Source: Thermodesulfobacteriota bacterium (GTDB lineage: Bacteria > Desulfobacterota_D > UBA1144 > Nemesobacterales > UBA2774). Taken from it: 64,000 bases of DNA. The stretch's first letter is position 1. Each line of letters opens with the position of its first letter. The position numbers and the translations under genes were made by a program. The stretch is from positions 1,344,001-1,408,000 of the forward strand of contig OY729416.1 in the NCBI GenBank assembly GCA_963422265.1, given 5' to 3'. The notes under the pieces are model-generated. The model worked only from the letters and a program-made list of their open reading frames with translations. It ran no database searches and was not told the DNA's origin. Positions 33,676 through 43,975 of the stretch are shown here, in pieces.

Positions 33676-34929
33676 CTATTTCAGAAAACTGGCTAAATGA
33701 TCTCTTATATCGGAGTCGGCAAGTTTTCCGAGAGCAGCTTTTTCAATCTGCCTTATTCTTTCACGCGTTAAATTGAATCGCTTTCCAATCTCGTCTAAAG
33801 TATAGGTGCTCTTCTGATCAATACCGAACCTTAACCTTAGTATCTCTTCTTCCCTGTCATTTAGTAAAGTAAGGGCTTCCCTTAGCTTGTCCGTAAGATC
33901 GGATTTAGCTACTAATGAATCGGGTATCACTTTTTCGTTATCGGCTATAGAGTCAAGAAGAGTAGCTTTTTCTCCATCTAAAATCGGCGTATCTAGGCTA
34001 ATAGCATCTTTTGTGGAGCGTAATATTCGTTTAACAACCTCAACCGATATGCTGCAACTTCCAGATATTTCCTCAGGAGTAGGCTTACGGTTTAGCTCTT
34101 TAGCTAAAAGAGCATGAACTTTATAAACTCTGTTTGCCTGTTCAAGTAGATAAACGGGCACTTTAATCGTTCTTGTCTGTCCTTGCAGAGCTCTTAAAAT
34201 CGCTTGGTGTATCCACCATGAAGCATAGGTAGAGAACTTGAACCCTTTTCTGTGATCAAACCTTTCAACTGCTCTCATTAACCCCATGTTGCCCTCTTGA
34301 ATCAGATCGGACAAAGGTAACCCACGCCCCATATATTTTCTTGAAATGGTTATAACCAACCTTAAATTAGCCTTCACAAATCTCTGTTTTAGTTTCTTTG
34401 CATTTTCAGAGTAAACCATTATAAATGCGTTTAGACTTTCAATGCGCTTGGCAATCGCCGCCTCGGCTGCACTATGGGCAAATTTACTACCGCCAGTGTT
34501 GACGACACGGTAGCTTAACTCTCTTGCCCCTTCTTCGCTTTCACGGGGACAAGGATTTTCAGTCAATTTCGTTGGCTGCGCTCGGGACGTAAGTTTCTCT
34601 ACGACGCCAGTTAACTCCCCTACTTTTAACTCGCACTTTTCTATTTTAGCGGAGATCTCTATTTCTTCCTGGGCTGTGAACAAGGGCTCCACGGACATGT
34701 CCTTAAAATAAGCGTAAAGCAATCTGAGCTGCTCGTCAGGAGTCTCATCCGATTTTGACTTTGGCTTAACACCTTTTGTATTGTATTTACGATTAGAATC
34801 TTCACTATCAGTATAACTACCCTTAAAACTCAAAGACGTTACCCGCTCATCGTCCTGATCAAATCCTTCATACTCATTTCCTGCAATAGATTCGTTAGAT
34901 TCGTTGAACTCTTTGTATTTTGTCTCCAT
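33676..34929 (-). CDS. RNA polymerase sigma-70 family factor (RpoD/SigA-like)
   Basis: ANLRLV, DLIQEGNMGL, KFSTYASWWI, TRERIRQIE; no obvious region 1.1. Confidence 0.9.
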   Translation of the reverse strand: METKYKEFNESNESIAGNEYEGFDQDDERVTSLSFKGSYTDSEDSNRKYNTKGVKPKSKSDETPDEQLRLLYAYFKDMSVEPLFTAQEEIEISAKIEKCELKVGELTGVVEKLTSRAQPTKLTENPCPRESEEGARELSYRVVNTGGSKFAHSAAEAAIAKRIESLNAFIMVYSENAKKLKQRFVKANLRLVITISRKYMGRGLPLSDLIQEGNMGLMRAVERFDHRKGFKFSTYASWWIHQAILRALQGQTRTIKVPVYLLEQANRVYKVHALLAKELNRKPTPEEISGSCSISVEVVKRILRSTKDAISLDTPILDGEKATLLDSIADNEKVIPDSLVAKSDLTDKLREALTLLNDREEEILRLRFGIDQKSTYTLDEIGKRFNLTRERIRQIEKAALGKLADSDIRDHLASFLK

Positions 34930-35259
34930 CTGCTTTATTCTATTCTCCGTTACTCAATCAAGTTGAGAACAAGCTACAAGGGATGTGTTTTTCCCTTTCC
35001 GATAAATATGTGATTTCTTAGTTCACCGGGACCCTAGGTTGGTAATGCTGTCGTCCCATCACCCTAAATGACCCCGGAAAACCTTTGCAGAGAGAAGCCG
35101 CAACGCCTCCTGTTAAATAGATAAAAACAATAATAGCGACGCCGTAATATAAGCCTAGAATTGCAGCGTTTCATATAAAAGCGCACGTTAAACCTGAAAA
35201 GTCCACTCTTATGAGCCCTGTCATCGCCCATTCTATCGAATGCTTAAGGTTAATTCAAC

Positions 35260-35871
35260 CTATTTATAAGCTGAATAGTTAGCGGCGACCTGATCCCAGT
35301 TTACGACGCTCCACCACGCGGATATATAATCCGGTCTTCGGTTTTGATATTTGAGATAGTAGGCGTGTTCCCAAACGTCTAGTCCTAGTATCGGCTTTAG
35401 TCCTTCAGACACGGGATTATCTTGATTTGGCGTTGAGGTTATCGTTAGGTTTCCACTCCCACCGATGCAGAGCCAAGCCCAGCCACTTCCAAATCGTGTT
35501 GCGCCGGCTTTGGCAAACATATCCTTAAAAACCCCCAAATCACCAAAGGCTGAGTTAATAGCTTCTGCTAATTCGCCCGTAGGCTCTCCTCCGCCATTTG
35601 GGCTCATGCAGAGCCAAAACATTTTATGGTTGGCGTGCCCTCCCCCGTTGTTCCTTACGGCTGCTCTTATATCTTCCGGCACCGAACTTAAATCTTCTAG
35701 CAAGCTCTGTAAATCTTTGTCAGCCAGCTCTGGACGTTTCTCTAAAGCCGCATTTAAATTATTGATATAGGTTTGATGATGCTTAGAATGATGAATTTCC
35801 ATAGTCTGCACGTCTATGTATGGTTCCAACGCGCTGTAGTCATAAGCGAGCTTTGGTAGTTCGTATGGCAT
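35260..35871 (-). CDS. sodA: Mn/Fe superoxide dismutase, probably Mn-type
   Basis: [23 protein letters not shown]. Confidence 0.92.
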   Translation of the reverse strand: MPYELPKLAYDYSALEPYIDVQTMEIHHSKHHQTYINNLNAALEKRPELADKDLQSLLEDLSSVPEDIRAAVRNNGGGHANHKMFWLCMSPNGGGEPTGELAEAINSAFGDLGVFKDMFAKAGATRFGSGWAWLCIGGSGNLTITSTPNQDNPVSEGLKPILGLDVWEHAYYLKYQNRRPDYISAWWSVVNWDQVAANYSAYK

Positions 35872-36101
35872 TATATTGCCTCCCTATGTAACTTGTTATG
35901 TAAATTGCTCAGTCTGCTATTTCGAGTTAAACTTGTGAGCCAAGAAACCGATATCCTCATTATTCGTCTGTGATATTTTTTATTAACTCATTTTTTTGAA
36001 ACTTCTAACTTCCCTAGAATAACTCATCAATATCATTTTGTCAAAAACTATCTCAACTTATAGAGGGTTCAACGCGTTGGCAGTTCTAAGCCTTTCACTG
36101 A

Positions 36102-36134
36102 ATAGTTGACATGAAACTAACTAGATGGTAATTT
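36102..36134 (+). promoter_or_regulatory. Putative sigma70 promoter of the suf operon with an overlapping inverted repeat
   Basis: TTGACA (36106) - 17 nt - TAATTT; TAGTT...AACTA dyad over the -35 element. Confidence 0.45.
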
Positions 36135-36336
36135 CTACTGTCTAATAATACACGTTCCAGATGTTAAGAATCAGTATTGCATGGGTGTCAATGTGCGGGC
36201 AACTAAAACGTTGGATTGTGCAGTTAGGTCTTTTGCACTTATCTATTTTTCGGAAGATGTTACGTCTAGAAAACATACTTAACGAGTAACGCGGCAAGTA
36301 GTTCGTCGAGCTAAACCTAAGGAGGTTCGTTGGTTT

Positions 36337-37773
36337 ATGAGCGTTGATTTGGAGAGATTGGCAGAGCAGGAATATAAATACGGCTTCGTTACAAACGTTG
36401 AGCAGGATATAGCACCCAAGGGTTTAAATGAAGACGTCGTCAGGTTCATCTCTTCAAAAAAAGGGGAGCCCGAATGGCTTCTTGCCTGGAGACTAAAGGC
36501 TTATGAGCGCTGGCTTACCATGAAGGAACCTGAATGGCAGCACGTAACTTATCCATCTATTAATTATCAAGACATTAGCTATTATGCGGCTCCTAGGCAG
36601 AAAGAGTCTCCTAAGAGCCTAGACGATATTGACCCTGAAATTAAAGAGACCTATGATAAGCTCGGAATCCCTCTCGAGGAACAGAAGATGCTCGCAGGCG
36701 TGGCGGTAGATGCAGTGTTTGACAGCATTTCCGTTATCACGACTTTTAAAGAGAAGCTAGCCGAGGCAGGGGTGATCTTCTGCTCCATTTCAGATGCGGT
36801 TCGCGAGCACCCGGAGTTGGTTAAAAAATATCTTGGCTTCGTCGTTCCTCGCAATGACAATTTCTTTGCAGCCTTGAACTCGGCGGTATTTTCAGATGGG
36901 TCGTTCGTTTACATTCCCAAGGGCGTGCGCTGTCCTATGGAGCTATCCACTTATTTCAGGATTAACGCAGAAAACACAGGTCAGTTTGAAAGAACCCTGA
37001 TTATTGCTGAAGAGGGAAGCTACGTTAGCTACTTAGAGGGATGCACCGCACCCAAACGAGACGAGAATCAGTTGCACGCCGCAGTGGTCGAGCTTATAGC
37101 ACACAGAAACGCTACGATTAAATACTCAACTATACAAAACTGGTATCCGGGAGATAACGAGGGCAAGGGCGGCATATATAATTTCGTCACCAAAAGAGGC
37201 AGATGTCTAGGCAATAACTCTCATATATCATGGACTCAGGTAGAGACGGGATCAGCCATAACGTGGAAGTACCCAAGTTGCATATTAGAGGGGGACAACT
37301 CAGTTGGAGAGTTTTACTCCGTAGCATTGACGAACAGGAGACAGCAGGCTGACACAGGAACAAAGATGATACACGTAGGAAAGAATACCAAGAGCACTAT
37401 CGTATCTAAGGGAATCTCCGCGGGATTGGGGCAAAATACGTATAGGGGGTTAGTGCAAATTGGTAGTGGTGCCACTGGGGCGAGAAACTATACGCAGTGT
37501 GACTCTATGCTTATAGGGGACAAGTGCGGCGCGCATACGTTTCCTTACATAGAGGTAAAAAATTCAACGGCTCAAATGGAGCATGAAGCCTCTACGTCTA
37601 AAATAGGCGAGGATCAAATGTTTTACTGTCAGCAGAGAGGGCTTTCAGCAGAGGACGCGGTGTCACTTATTGTAAATGGATTCTGTAAAGACGTATTTAA
37701 GGAGCTTCCGTTCGAGTTTGCAGTAGAGGCTGAAAAGCTGCTTAGCATCAGCCTAGAGGGCAGCGTTGGGTAA
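36337..37773 (+). CDS. sufB: Fe-S cluster assembly protein SufB
   Basis: [27 protein letters not shown]. Confidence 0.97.
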   Translation: MSVDLERLAEQEYKYGFVTNVEQDIAPKGLNEDVVRFISSKKGEPEWLLAWRLKAYERWLTMKEPEWQHVTYPSINYQDISYYAAPRQKESPKSLDDIDPEIKETYDKLGIPLEEQKMLAGVAVDAVFDSISVITTFKEKLAEAGVIFCSISDAVREHPELVKKYLGFVVPRNDNFFAALNSAVFSDGSFVYIPKGVRCPMELSTYFRINAENTGQFERTLIIAEEGSYVSYLEGCTAPKRDENQLHAAVVELIAHRNATIKYSTIQNWYPGDNEGKGGIYNFVTKRGRCLGNNSHISWTQVETGSAITWKYPSCILEGDNSVGEFYSVALTNRRQQADTGTKMIHVGKNTKSTIVSKGISAGLGQNTYRGLVQIGSGATGARNYTQCDSMLIGDKCGAHTFPYIEVKNSTAQMEHEASTSKIGEDQMFYCQQRGLSAEDAVSLIVNGFCKDVFKELPFEFAVEAEKLLSISLEGSVG

Positions 37774-37829
37774 AAACTCCACCTAATTCCCTGCTAAGAC
37801 TAACCTGTAAATTACTAAGGAGAAACAAG

Positions 37830-38594
37830 ATGCTGGAGATAAAGGATCTACACGTTAGTGTGGATGGCAAGGAGATTATAAGGGGTCTTAATCTAGAAAT
37901 CAGACGAGGGGAGATGCACTCGATTATGGGACCGAATGGGTCTGGTAAAAGCACTTTAGCCCAGGTGCTTGCTGGGCGCGATTCGTATGAGGTTACTGGA
38001 GGTGAAATGATCTTCGATGGAAAAGACCTTCTTGATCTGTACCCCGAAGAAAGAGCCTGCGAGGGCATATTTCTCGCTTTTCAATATCCGGTCGAAATAC
38101 CGGGGGTGGCTAATACTTACTTGCTTAGAGAGGCTTTGAACTCCGTTCGCAAATACAGGGGTGAGAAACCCCTTAAGCACGTGGAATTTGGAAAGCTTGC
38201 CAAGGAAAAGATGAAGGTTTTAAACATCGGGGACGACTTACTTAAGCGCGCAGTTAACGAAGGATTTTCCGGTGGAGAAAAGAAGAGGAATGAAATTTTT
38301 CAGATGCAGATACTTGAGCCTAAGCTTGCTGTCCTAGATGAAACAGATTCGGGGTTAGATATAGACGCTCTTAAAATCGTAGCAGAAGGCGTGAACCATC
38401 TGAGAAGTCCCAAAAGATCATTCTTAGTAATAACGCACTATCAGAGGCTACTAAACTACATAGTTCCTGACTTCGTTCACGTGCTGGTGGATGGGAGAAT
38501 AGTGAAGTCAGGCGGGAAAGAGTTAGCGCTTGAACTCGAGGATAAAGGTTATGGCTGGGTAGAAGACGGCACCGAAGCAGCGGTCAACAATTAG
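37830..38594 (+). CDS. sufC: Fe-S cluster assembly ATPase SufC
   Basis: GPNGSGKST, GFSGGEKKRNE, LDETDSGLD. Confidence 0.97.
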   Translation: MLEIKDLHVSVDGKEIIRGLNLEIRRGEMHSIMGPNGSGKSTLAQVLAGRDSYEVTGGEMIFDGKDLLDLYPEERACEGIFLAFQYPVEIPGVANTYLLREALNSVRKYRGEKPLKHVEFGKLAKEKMKVLNIGDDLLKRAVNEGFSGGEKKRNEIFQMQILEPKLAVLDETDSGLDIDALKIVAEGVNHLRSPKRSFLVITHYQRLLNYIVPDFVHVLVDGRIVKSGGKELALELEDKGYGWVEDGTEAAVNN

Positions 38595-38611
38595 GAGAGA
38601 ATAACTAAATA

Positions 38612-39961
38612 ATGAGCATCACCTTAACCACTAATGAAAACGGTTACCTAGACGGATTTGATAAGTTTAGAGAAATTGCGCCGGGAAAAGATATTGATTG
38701 GCTTATGTCGCTAAGGGAAAGCGCTATAGCAAGGTTTTCAGAGCTAGGGTTTCCTACGGTCCACAACGAGGATTGGCGCTTCACTAACGTAACCCCGATT
38801 GCGAGGACAACTTTTCAGATGCCTGAAAACGTAAGTGGAAAGGTTAAGCCTGACGTCCTTAGTCAGTTTACGTTTCCGGGGATTGATTGCAGTCGCCTCG
38901 TATTTATAGATGGCTTATTTTCATCTGAGCTATCATCAATAAGGCAGCTACCAAACGGCGTAAAAGCACTAAGTCTTTCTCAGGCTTTGACGAAAGATCA
39001 AGAACTATTGAGTGAACGACTGGGAAAATACGTTGATTTTGATGAGGATGCTTTCTCAGCCTTAAACTCTGCTTTTTTTCAGGATGGAGGGTTTATCTTT
39101 GTTCCTAAAGGCACCCAATTTGAGGATCCCGTTCATCTACTTTACGTTACGACTAATAGCAAGTCGTCACCAGCAATAACGAACCCGCGAAACCTGATAG
39201 TCGTTGAAGATAACTGTGAGGCAAACATCATAGAGCATTACGTTTGCCTTACTGATGGCGGTGCCTACTTGTCCAACGTGGTAACGGAGCTTATCTTAGG
39301 GCAAAACAGCACGGTGGGACATTATTTAATAGAAAATGAGAGTAAGGATGCTTATAACATTTCCACTCTTAGGGTTCAGCAGGAGAGAAGCTCAAATATG
39401 AGGTCGCACTCTGTACTAATTGGCGGGGCATTGGTAAGGAACAACGTGCATCCCGTTCTCGCGGGCGAGGGGTGTGATTCTCTGATCAACGGGCTATTTA
39501 TGTCTAGTGGAAGGCAGCACATGGACAACTATATGAAGGTTGAGCACGCGAGCCCGCACTGCGACAGCAGGCAATTTTATAATGGAATTTTAGACGGCAG
39601 GTCAAGAGGGGTATTTCATGGGCGCATAATTGTTCATGAAGATGCCCAGAAGACCGATGCAAAGCAGACGAACAGAAATCTCTTGCTCTCGGATACTGCC
39701 CAGATAGATACAAAGCCACAGCTTGAAATTTATGCTGATGACGTTAAGTGCACGCACGGCGCTACTATAGGGCAAATAGACGAAAACGCCTTGTTTTACA
39801 TACGCTCTAGAGGGATTTCTGAGGAGGCGTCTAAGGATATAATATTAAATGCCTTTACTAATGAAACCCTTGAAAGTATGAATATAGAAGCGGTGAAAAG
39901 ATATTCTGAATCTCTTGCGGCCGACTGGTTTGCAAGAAGGCAGCACGCCCATAATGGCTGA
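38612..39961 (+). CDS. sufD: Fe-S cluster assembly protein SufD
   Basis: EDWRFT, KPQLEIYADDVKCTHGAT. Confidence 0.95.
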   Translation: MSITLTTNENGYLDGFDKFREIAPGKDIDWLMSLRESAIARFSELGFPTVHNEDWRFTNVTPIARTTFQMPENVSGKVKPDVLSQFTFPGIDCSRLVFIDGLFSSELSSIRQLPNGVKALSLSQALTKDQELLSERLGKYVDFDEDAFSALNSAFFQDGGFIFVPKGTQFEDPVHLLYVTTNSKSSPAITNPRNLIVVEDNCEANIIEHYVCLTDGGAYLSNVVTELILGQNSTVGHYLIENESKDAYNISTLRVQQERSSNMRSHSVLIGGALVRNNVHPVLAGEGCDSLINGLFMSSGRQHMDNYMKVEHASPHCDSRQFYNGILDGRSRGVFHGRIIVHEDAQKTDAKQTNRNLLLSDTAQIDTKPQLEIYADDVKCTHGATIGQIDENALFYIRSRGISEEASKDIILNAFTNETLESMNIEAVKRYSESLAADWFARRQHAHNG

Positions 39962-40268
39962 GTTTGAAAGAGTCGCCAAGGTATCAGACGTTGCACCCGG
40001 CGAGATCAAATCCTTCCCGTTAGGTATTGAAATGATTGCTGTATGTAAAGTTGACGGAAGGATTTACGCCTTTAAGGACGAGTGCTCTCATCAGGCTCTT
40101 CCCCTATCCGACGGGGTTCTTGAAGGTAAGACTATTACCTGCGCGTATCATGGAGCCGAGTTTGACATTGAGACCGGCAAGGCGATTTGCCTCCCTGCGA
40201 CTGACGGGGTTGAAACGTATGAGGTAAAAGTGGAAGGGGACTACGTATGCATTTTAATTCCGGATTAA
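39954..40268 (+). CDS. Rieske-type ferredoxin
   Basis: CSH...CAYH Rieske ligands; start overlaps the sufD end. Confidence 0.9.
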   Translation: MAEFERVAKVSDVAPGEIKSFPLGIEMIAVCKVDGRIYAFKDECSHQALPLSDGVLEGKTITCAYHGAEFDIETGKAICLPATDGVETYEVKVEGDYVCILIPD

Positions 40269-40644
40269 AACCCCTATAGCCCAAAACTGATTCTATGCAG
40301 CCTCTTGTAGGGGTAACTCTTCCCCAATCGAGTTGGGGACATGCATGGTTAGCCGGACCCCACTGTCATTTCTAGTAGAGCGGATCCCTTAGGCTTTGCT
40401 CAGTAAATGGGCAGAAATGATATATTGATATATAGGACAATCCTCCACCCGTCATTCCCGCTCCCGTATCAGGGGACGGGACAGGCTTTGAGCAAGAATC
40501 CAGAAAGGGGGTAGCAACGTCTTCTGATTTCTTCTGAATTAGATCCGTGGAGCAGTTCATATTACTTGACTCTGACCTTTAAAATATGTATATGTAATTC
40601 TTAGTGCTTTATATGAACGTATTGAATATTTAGAACAAGAGCAA

Positions 40645-43014
40645 ATGAATAAGGATACAAGCCAATCACTCTCCTTATTCCTTATCTTTGTTGCTTTGGC
40701 AGTGCCAGTGGCCGTCACTTCCTGCGGGGGGGTGGGGGCACAGAAGCCCAAAGTTAGATCCGAACCATGGTGACCCCGCCGCAACGGCGCCATCGGCATT
40801 CAGGCTTGAACCGGTTTCCCATGGTGCCGTATTCTCGAAAATGACCGACCTTGCCCCAGGGGCGATACCCTCAAATTGGCCGTACATGCAAAGAACACCC
40901 GCCATCTGGCCTTCAAGGTGAGGCAAATCGGGACACAGGGACGATACGAAGAAATACCGCTAACGAATGCGTCCACGTCCGAACCTTGCTATGACGGGGA
41001 CGGAGGAGACGCTATCGCGGACTACCCTGCGCGGGAAGGGCGCCCTTCCAGTCATATTCTGCGTGGCTGGTTTGGCTGCCATTCAAGCGACGGCACATGG
41101 CTTGCTTCCACGAACAGCGATGCTAAATGCCGGTGGTACACACTGCGACAACCTCAGCCACCAACTCTATACCACACATACACAATTATAGGGCCGCAGC
41201 CCGCGCCGGTAATTCAGGAACTCCACGGCAGACGCTATGTGTCATTAGCTAATTGGACATATAATGTTGAAGTGCCCATTCCAGAAGACTGGTAGAATGG
41301 ATTCTACGAATTCGTTTCACTTCCCCATGATGGGACCGTCGACTGGACCATGCAGGACACCGCCCCGTTTGTCGTCGAGGACAGGTCCGCACCGGAGCCG
41401 GTATGCATCGTGGCCTCGTACCTGACTGCGGCCGCCTACAACACCGGCTTCGGAGCAAGCCTCTACAAAGGTTTTGACGGGAGAGCGTACCACCCCCGCC
41501 TGCAAGCCTCCGCCGTCAGCATGCAGCGGCCATAAGTTAGCTATTATCGGCACATCAAACCGGTCGTGCAATTTCTTGAGGGTTCGGACGTGCCGATCCG
41601 CTATGCGACAACCTTGTTGGTTCACAAGGATCCAACGATCCTCGAGGGGTGCCGGGTCATCGTCTTGGCGTATCATCCCGAGTACCTATCAAGTCGGGTG
41701 CGGACCGCAGTGACGAGCACCATTAAGCAGGGCGTGCATCTGTTGTTGTCCTTTTCCGCCAATGCCTTCTACTGGAGGGTGGCATTGCATAAAGACGCCT
41801 TCGGACACGACATCATGATGGTTGACAAGAAGGCAGGCAATCTCTGGAGAAGCCAGGGCTATGCATTCAGCGAACAGAACATCTTCGGAGCTCGGTATCC
41901 GAAGGGCGCCTGGGGAAGCAACAATGCGCTATTTGTCGTGGAGCCCCGTACGCACGCCAATGCGACGCCAGATCCCGGACTCATGTCGCATTGGATATTC
42001 GAGGGCACGGGGTTGCGTTTCGGAGATAGAATCGACGACCTGATGGGCGGGGAGGTTAACACGTTTCACCCGTCCTACCCGGTTCCTGACGTGCAGGAGC
42101 AGATTGTTTTCCTCTCCCCTTACTACAATAAAGAAGGAAAAGAGTTCATGGCGCACACGTCATACTTCATGCGCCCGAACGGCCAGACGACTTTTCATTC
42201 GGCGTCGTTGCGGTTCCAGCACGCCCTGGTGTCCACGAACGAGCCAGGATGGAACAATTCAGCGGATGATCGGGAATATCCTACCGAAGATGCTGAATCC
42301 GGACGATAGAATCATATCCAAAAGCAGCAACAAGGATTCGCACACCTTCCGCTATGCCAAGTCTCATCTGCACGACGGCCGTATCTGGAGCAATCGCAGC
42401 GATATGTTCTAAAAAAGATTTACTCACTGCCGACCTCTCTACCGCATCCGGATGACGTGTATAACTGGGTCGGCTGCGGCGCCACAAGATCTAATGTCTA
42501 TCTCGTCTGGCTCTACGAGGCAGAAGCGTTACATTACGAATACAGACCCAAGGAGTTTGCCGCATTGTTGCCCGGCATGCAGGTCGCGAGGCGACTCTGG
42601 AGGATGGAATCATATTCAAGATCAGCAAGGATTCATGCAACAATACGGAACATCTGGATAAAAATTCTGGAGACTATCGGCAAGGACGCCCGACTGCTTG
42701 CCCGCTCTGACTTTGATGTGTATAAGGACAAGAATGAAAACAGGCTGATTTACGTCCGGGAGGAATGTGGCGGCGAAGATAGTCGCCCTGAATTTTTTCT
42801 GCACATCTTCCCCGTGAACAGGGCAGACCTCCCTGCAGAGCGCCGCCGCTTTACTTATGACAATTTGGATTGTTGCTTCGATTATCACGGGTTTCATGAC
42901 GGTGCGCGTTGCGTGGCGGTGCGTGATCTTCCCGACTATCCCATTGCCCGTATCCGCACCGGCCAGTTCATACAGGGTCAAGGCAGACTGTGGACGAGTG
43001 AATTCATGCCTTGA
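40645..43014 (+). pseudogene. Decayed N,N-dimethylformamidase beta-subunit-family protein with lipoprotein-like N-terminus
   Basis: Fragments join into one reading: VAVTSC signal, PG.TLKLAVH, IPEDW*NGFY, TAAAYN, QRP*, YHPEYLS, SANAFYWRV. In-frame stops at 41293 and 41533 plus several frameshifts; visibly GC-richer than the flanks. Confidence 0.65.
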
Positions 43015-43321
43015 TGAACAACAGTCTCATGGTGCCCAAGCCACCCAACGCGAGCCGCTTCGCTGATGGCTTTATAAGGGTAGTCACGCTTATCTTTCAC
43101 CCTCCTTTTTAGCTATATTGCAGTTGAGAAATATCCTCCTACGTTAGCGTAGAAGCCAAGCTAGCTTTTTCAGAAACATTAATCACTTTACGCCCTGTAA
43201 TTTAAGAGTTTTGCTTAAGCAGATATTAAGAGCTTCCAAGTAATCAAATGGCAGATAGTCTTGACATAAGATAGGTAGGGCTTAACATATTTCTACTAGA
43301 CAATTTATGAGAGGCTATGTA

Positions 43322-43450
43322 ATGATAGAAAGAGATGAAACGGGTTCTTATGAAGGAATTTTCGCGATATTAGCTTTTGGGATTTTACTGGCTACTGTTC
43401 TCCTTGCGATAGGTGGTATTTACTATACTTTCATCAATCCTTCATTTTAA
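43322..43450 (+). CDS. Small single-pass membrane protein (42 aa)
   Basis: GAGAGG RBS; MIERDETGSYEGIFAILAFGILLATVLLAIGGIYYTFINPSF; TTGACA at 43261; ends 5 bp before the next gene. Confidence 0.55.
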   Translation: MIERDETGSYEGIFAILAFGILLATVLLAIGGIYYTFINPSF

Positions 43451-43455
43451 TACGA

Positions 43456-43959
43456 ATGAGTGACGCAAAATCTCTAAATTTGGAAAGAGCGTCGTTAATC
43501 GTTCTCATAGCGTTGTCCGCTGTGGGGATAGGCATAACGAATTTTGCACCTATAAAAAGTTTTTGGTTCTGGGCTGCGATGCCCCTTATATTCGGGGCGA
43601 CTAGCTTATACATAGGCTGGCGTAAGGCTAGACTGCGCGGCGAGTGCCTATCCAGAATAATTAAATTACAGCTTCTTCATTGGGCAAGCCTATTAGCTGT
43701 GATCGTATTGACTTACTCTCTATATGAAACAACGGGTAGAATCAATAATAATGAGCTTGCTTTAGTAACGCTCTTTTCTTTAGCCATTACGACTTTTCTC
43801 GCCGGCGTTCATTTTGATAGTAGGTTCCTAATAGTAGGGGTAATTTTGGGAGCTGCCTTGGCGGGAGCGGCGTTTATAGAGCAGTTTTTCTGGATTATTA
43901 TCTTTCCTATTGTCGCAGCCGCTGGCTTAATTATCTTTTGGCAGAAACGTCAGACTTAG
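43456..43959 (+). CDS. Hypothetical integral membrane protein
   Basis: 167 aa with about 5-6 hydrophobic segments. Confidence 0.75.
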   Translation: MSDAKSLNLERASLIVLIALSAVGIGITNFAPIKSFWFWAAMPLIFGATSLYIGWRKARLRGECLSRIIKLQLLHWASLLAVIVLTYSLYETTGRINNNELALVTLFSLAITTFLAGVHFDSRFLIVGVILGAALAGAAFIEQFFWIIIFPIVAAAGLIIFWQKRQT

Positions 43960-43975
43960 AGTTGCTCGTAACGTT

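Noticed and set aside
41293-41295. In-frame TAG in the DMFase-like gene as possible pyrrolysine or readthrough
   Set aside because: The same gene also has an in-frame TAA and several frameshifts, and no pyl genes are in view; decay is simpler.
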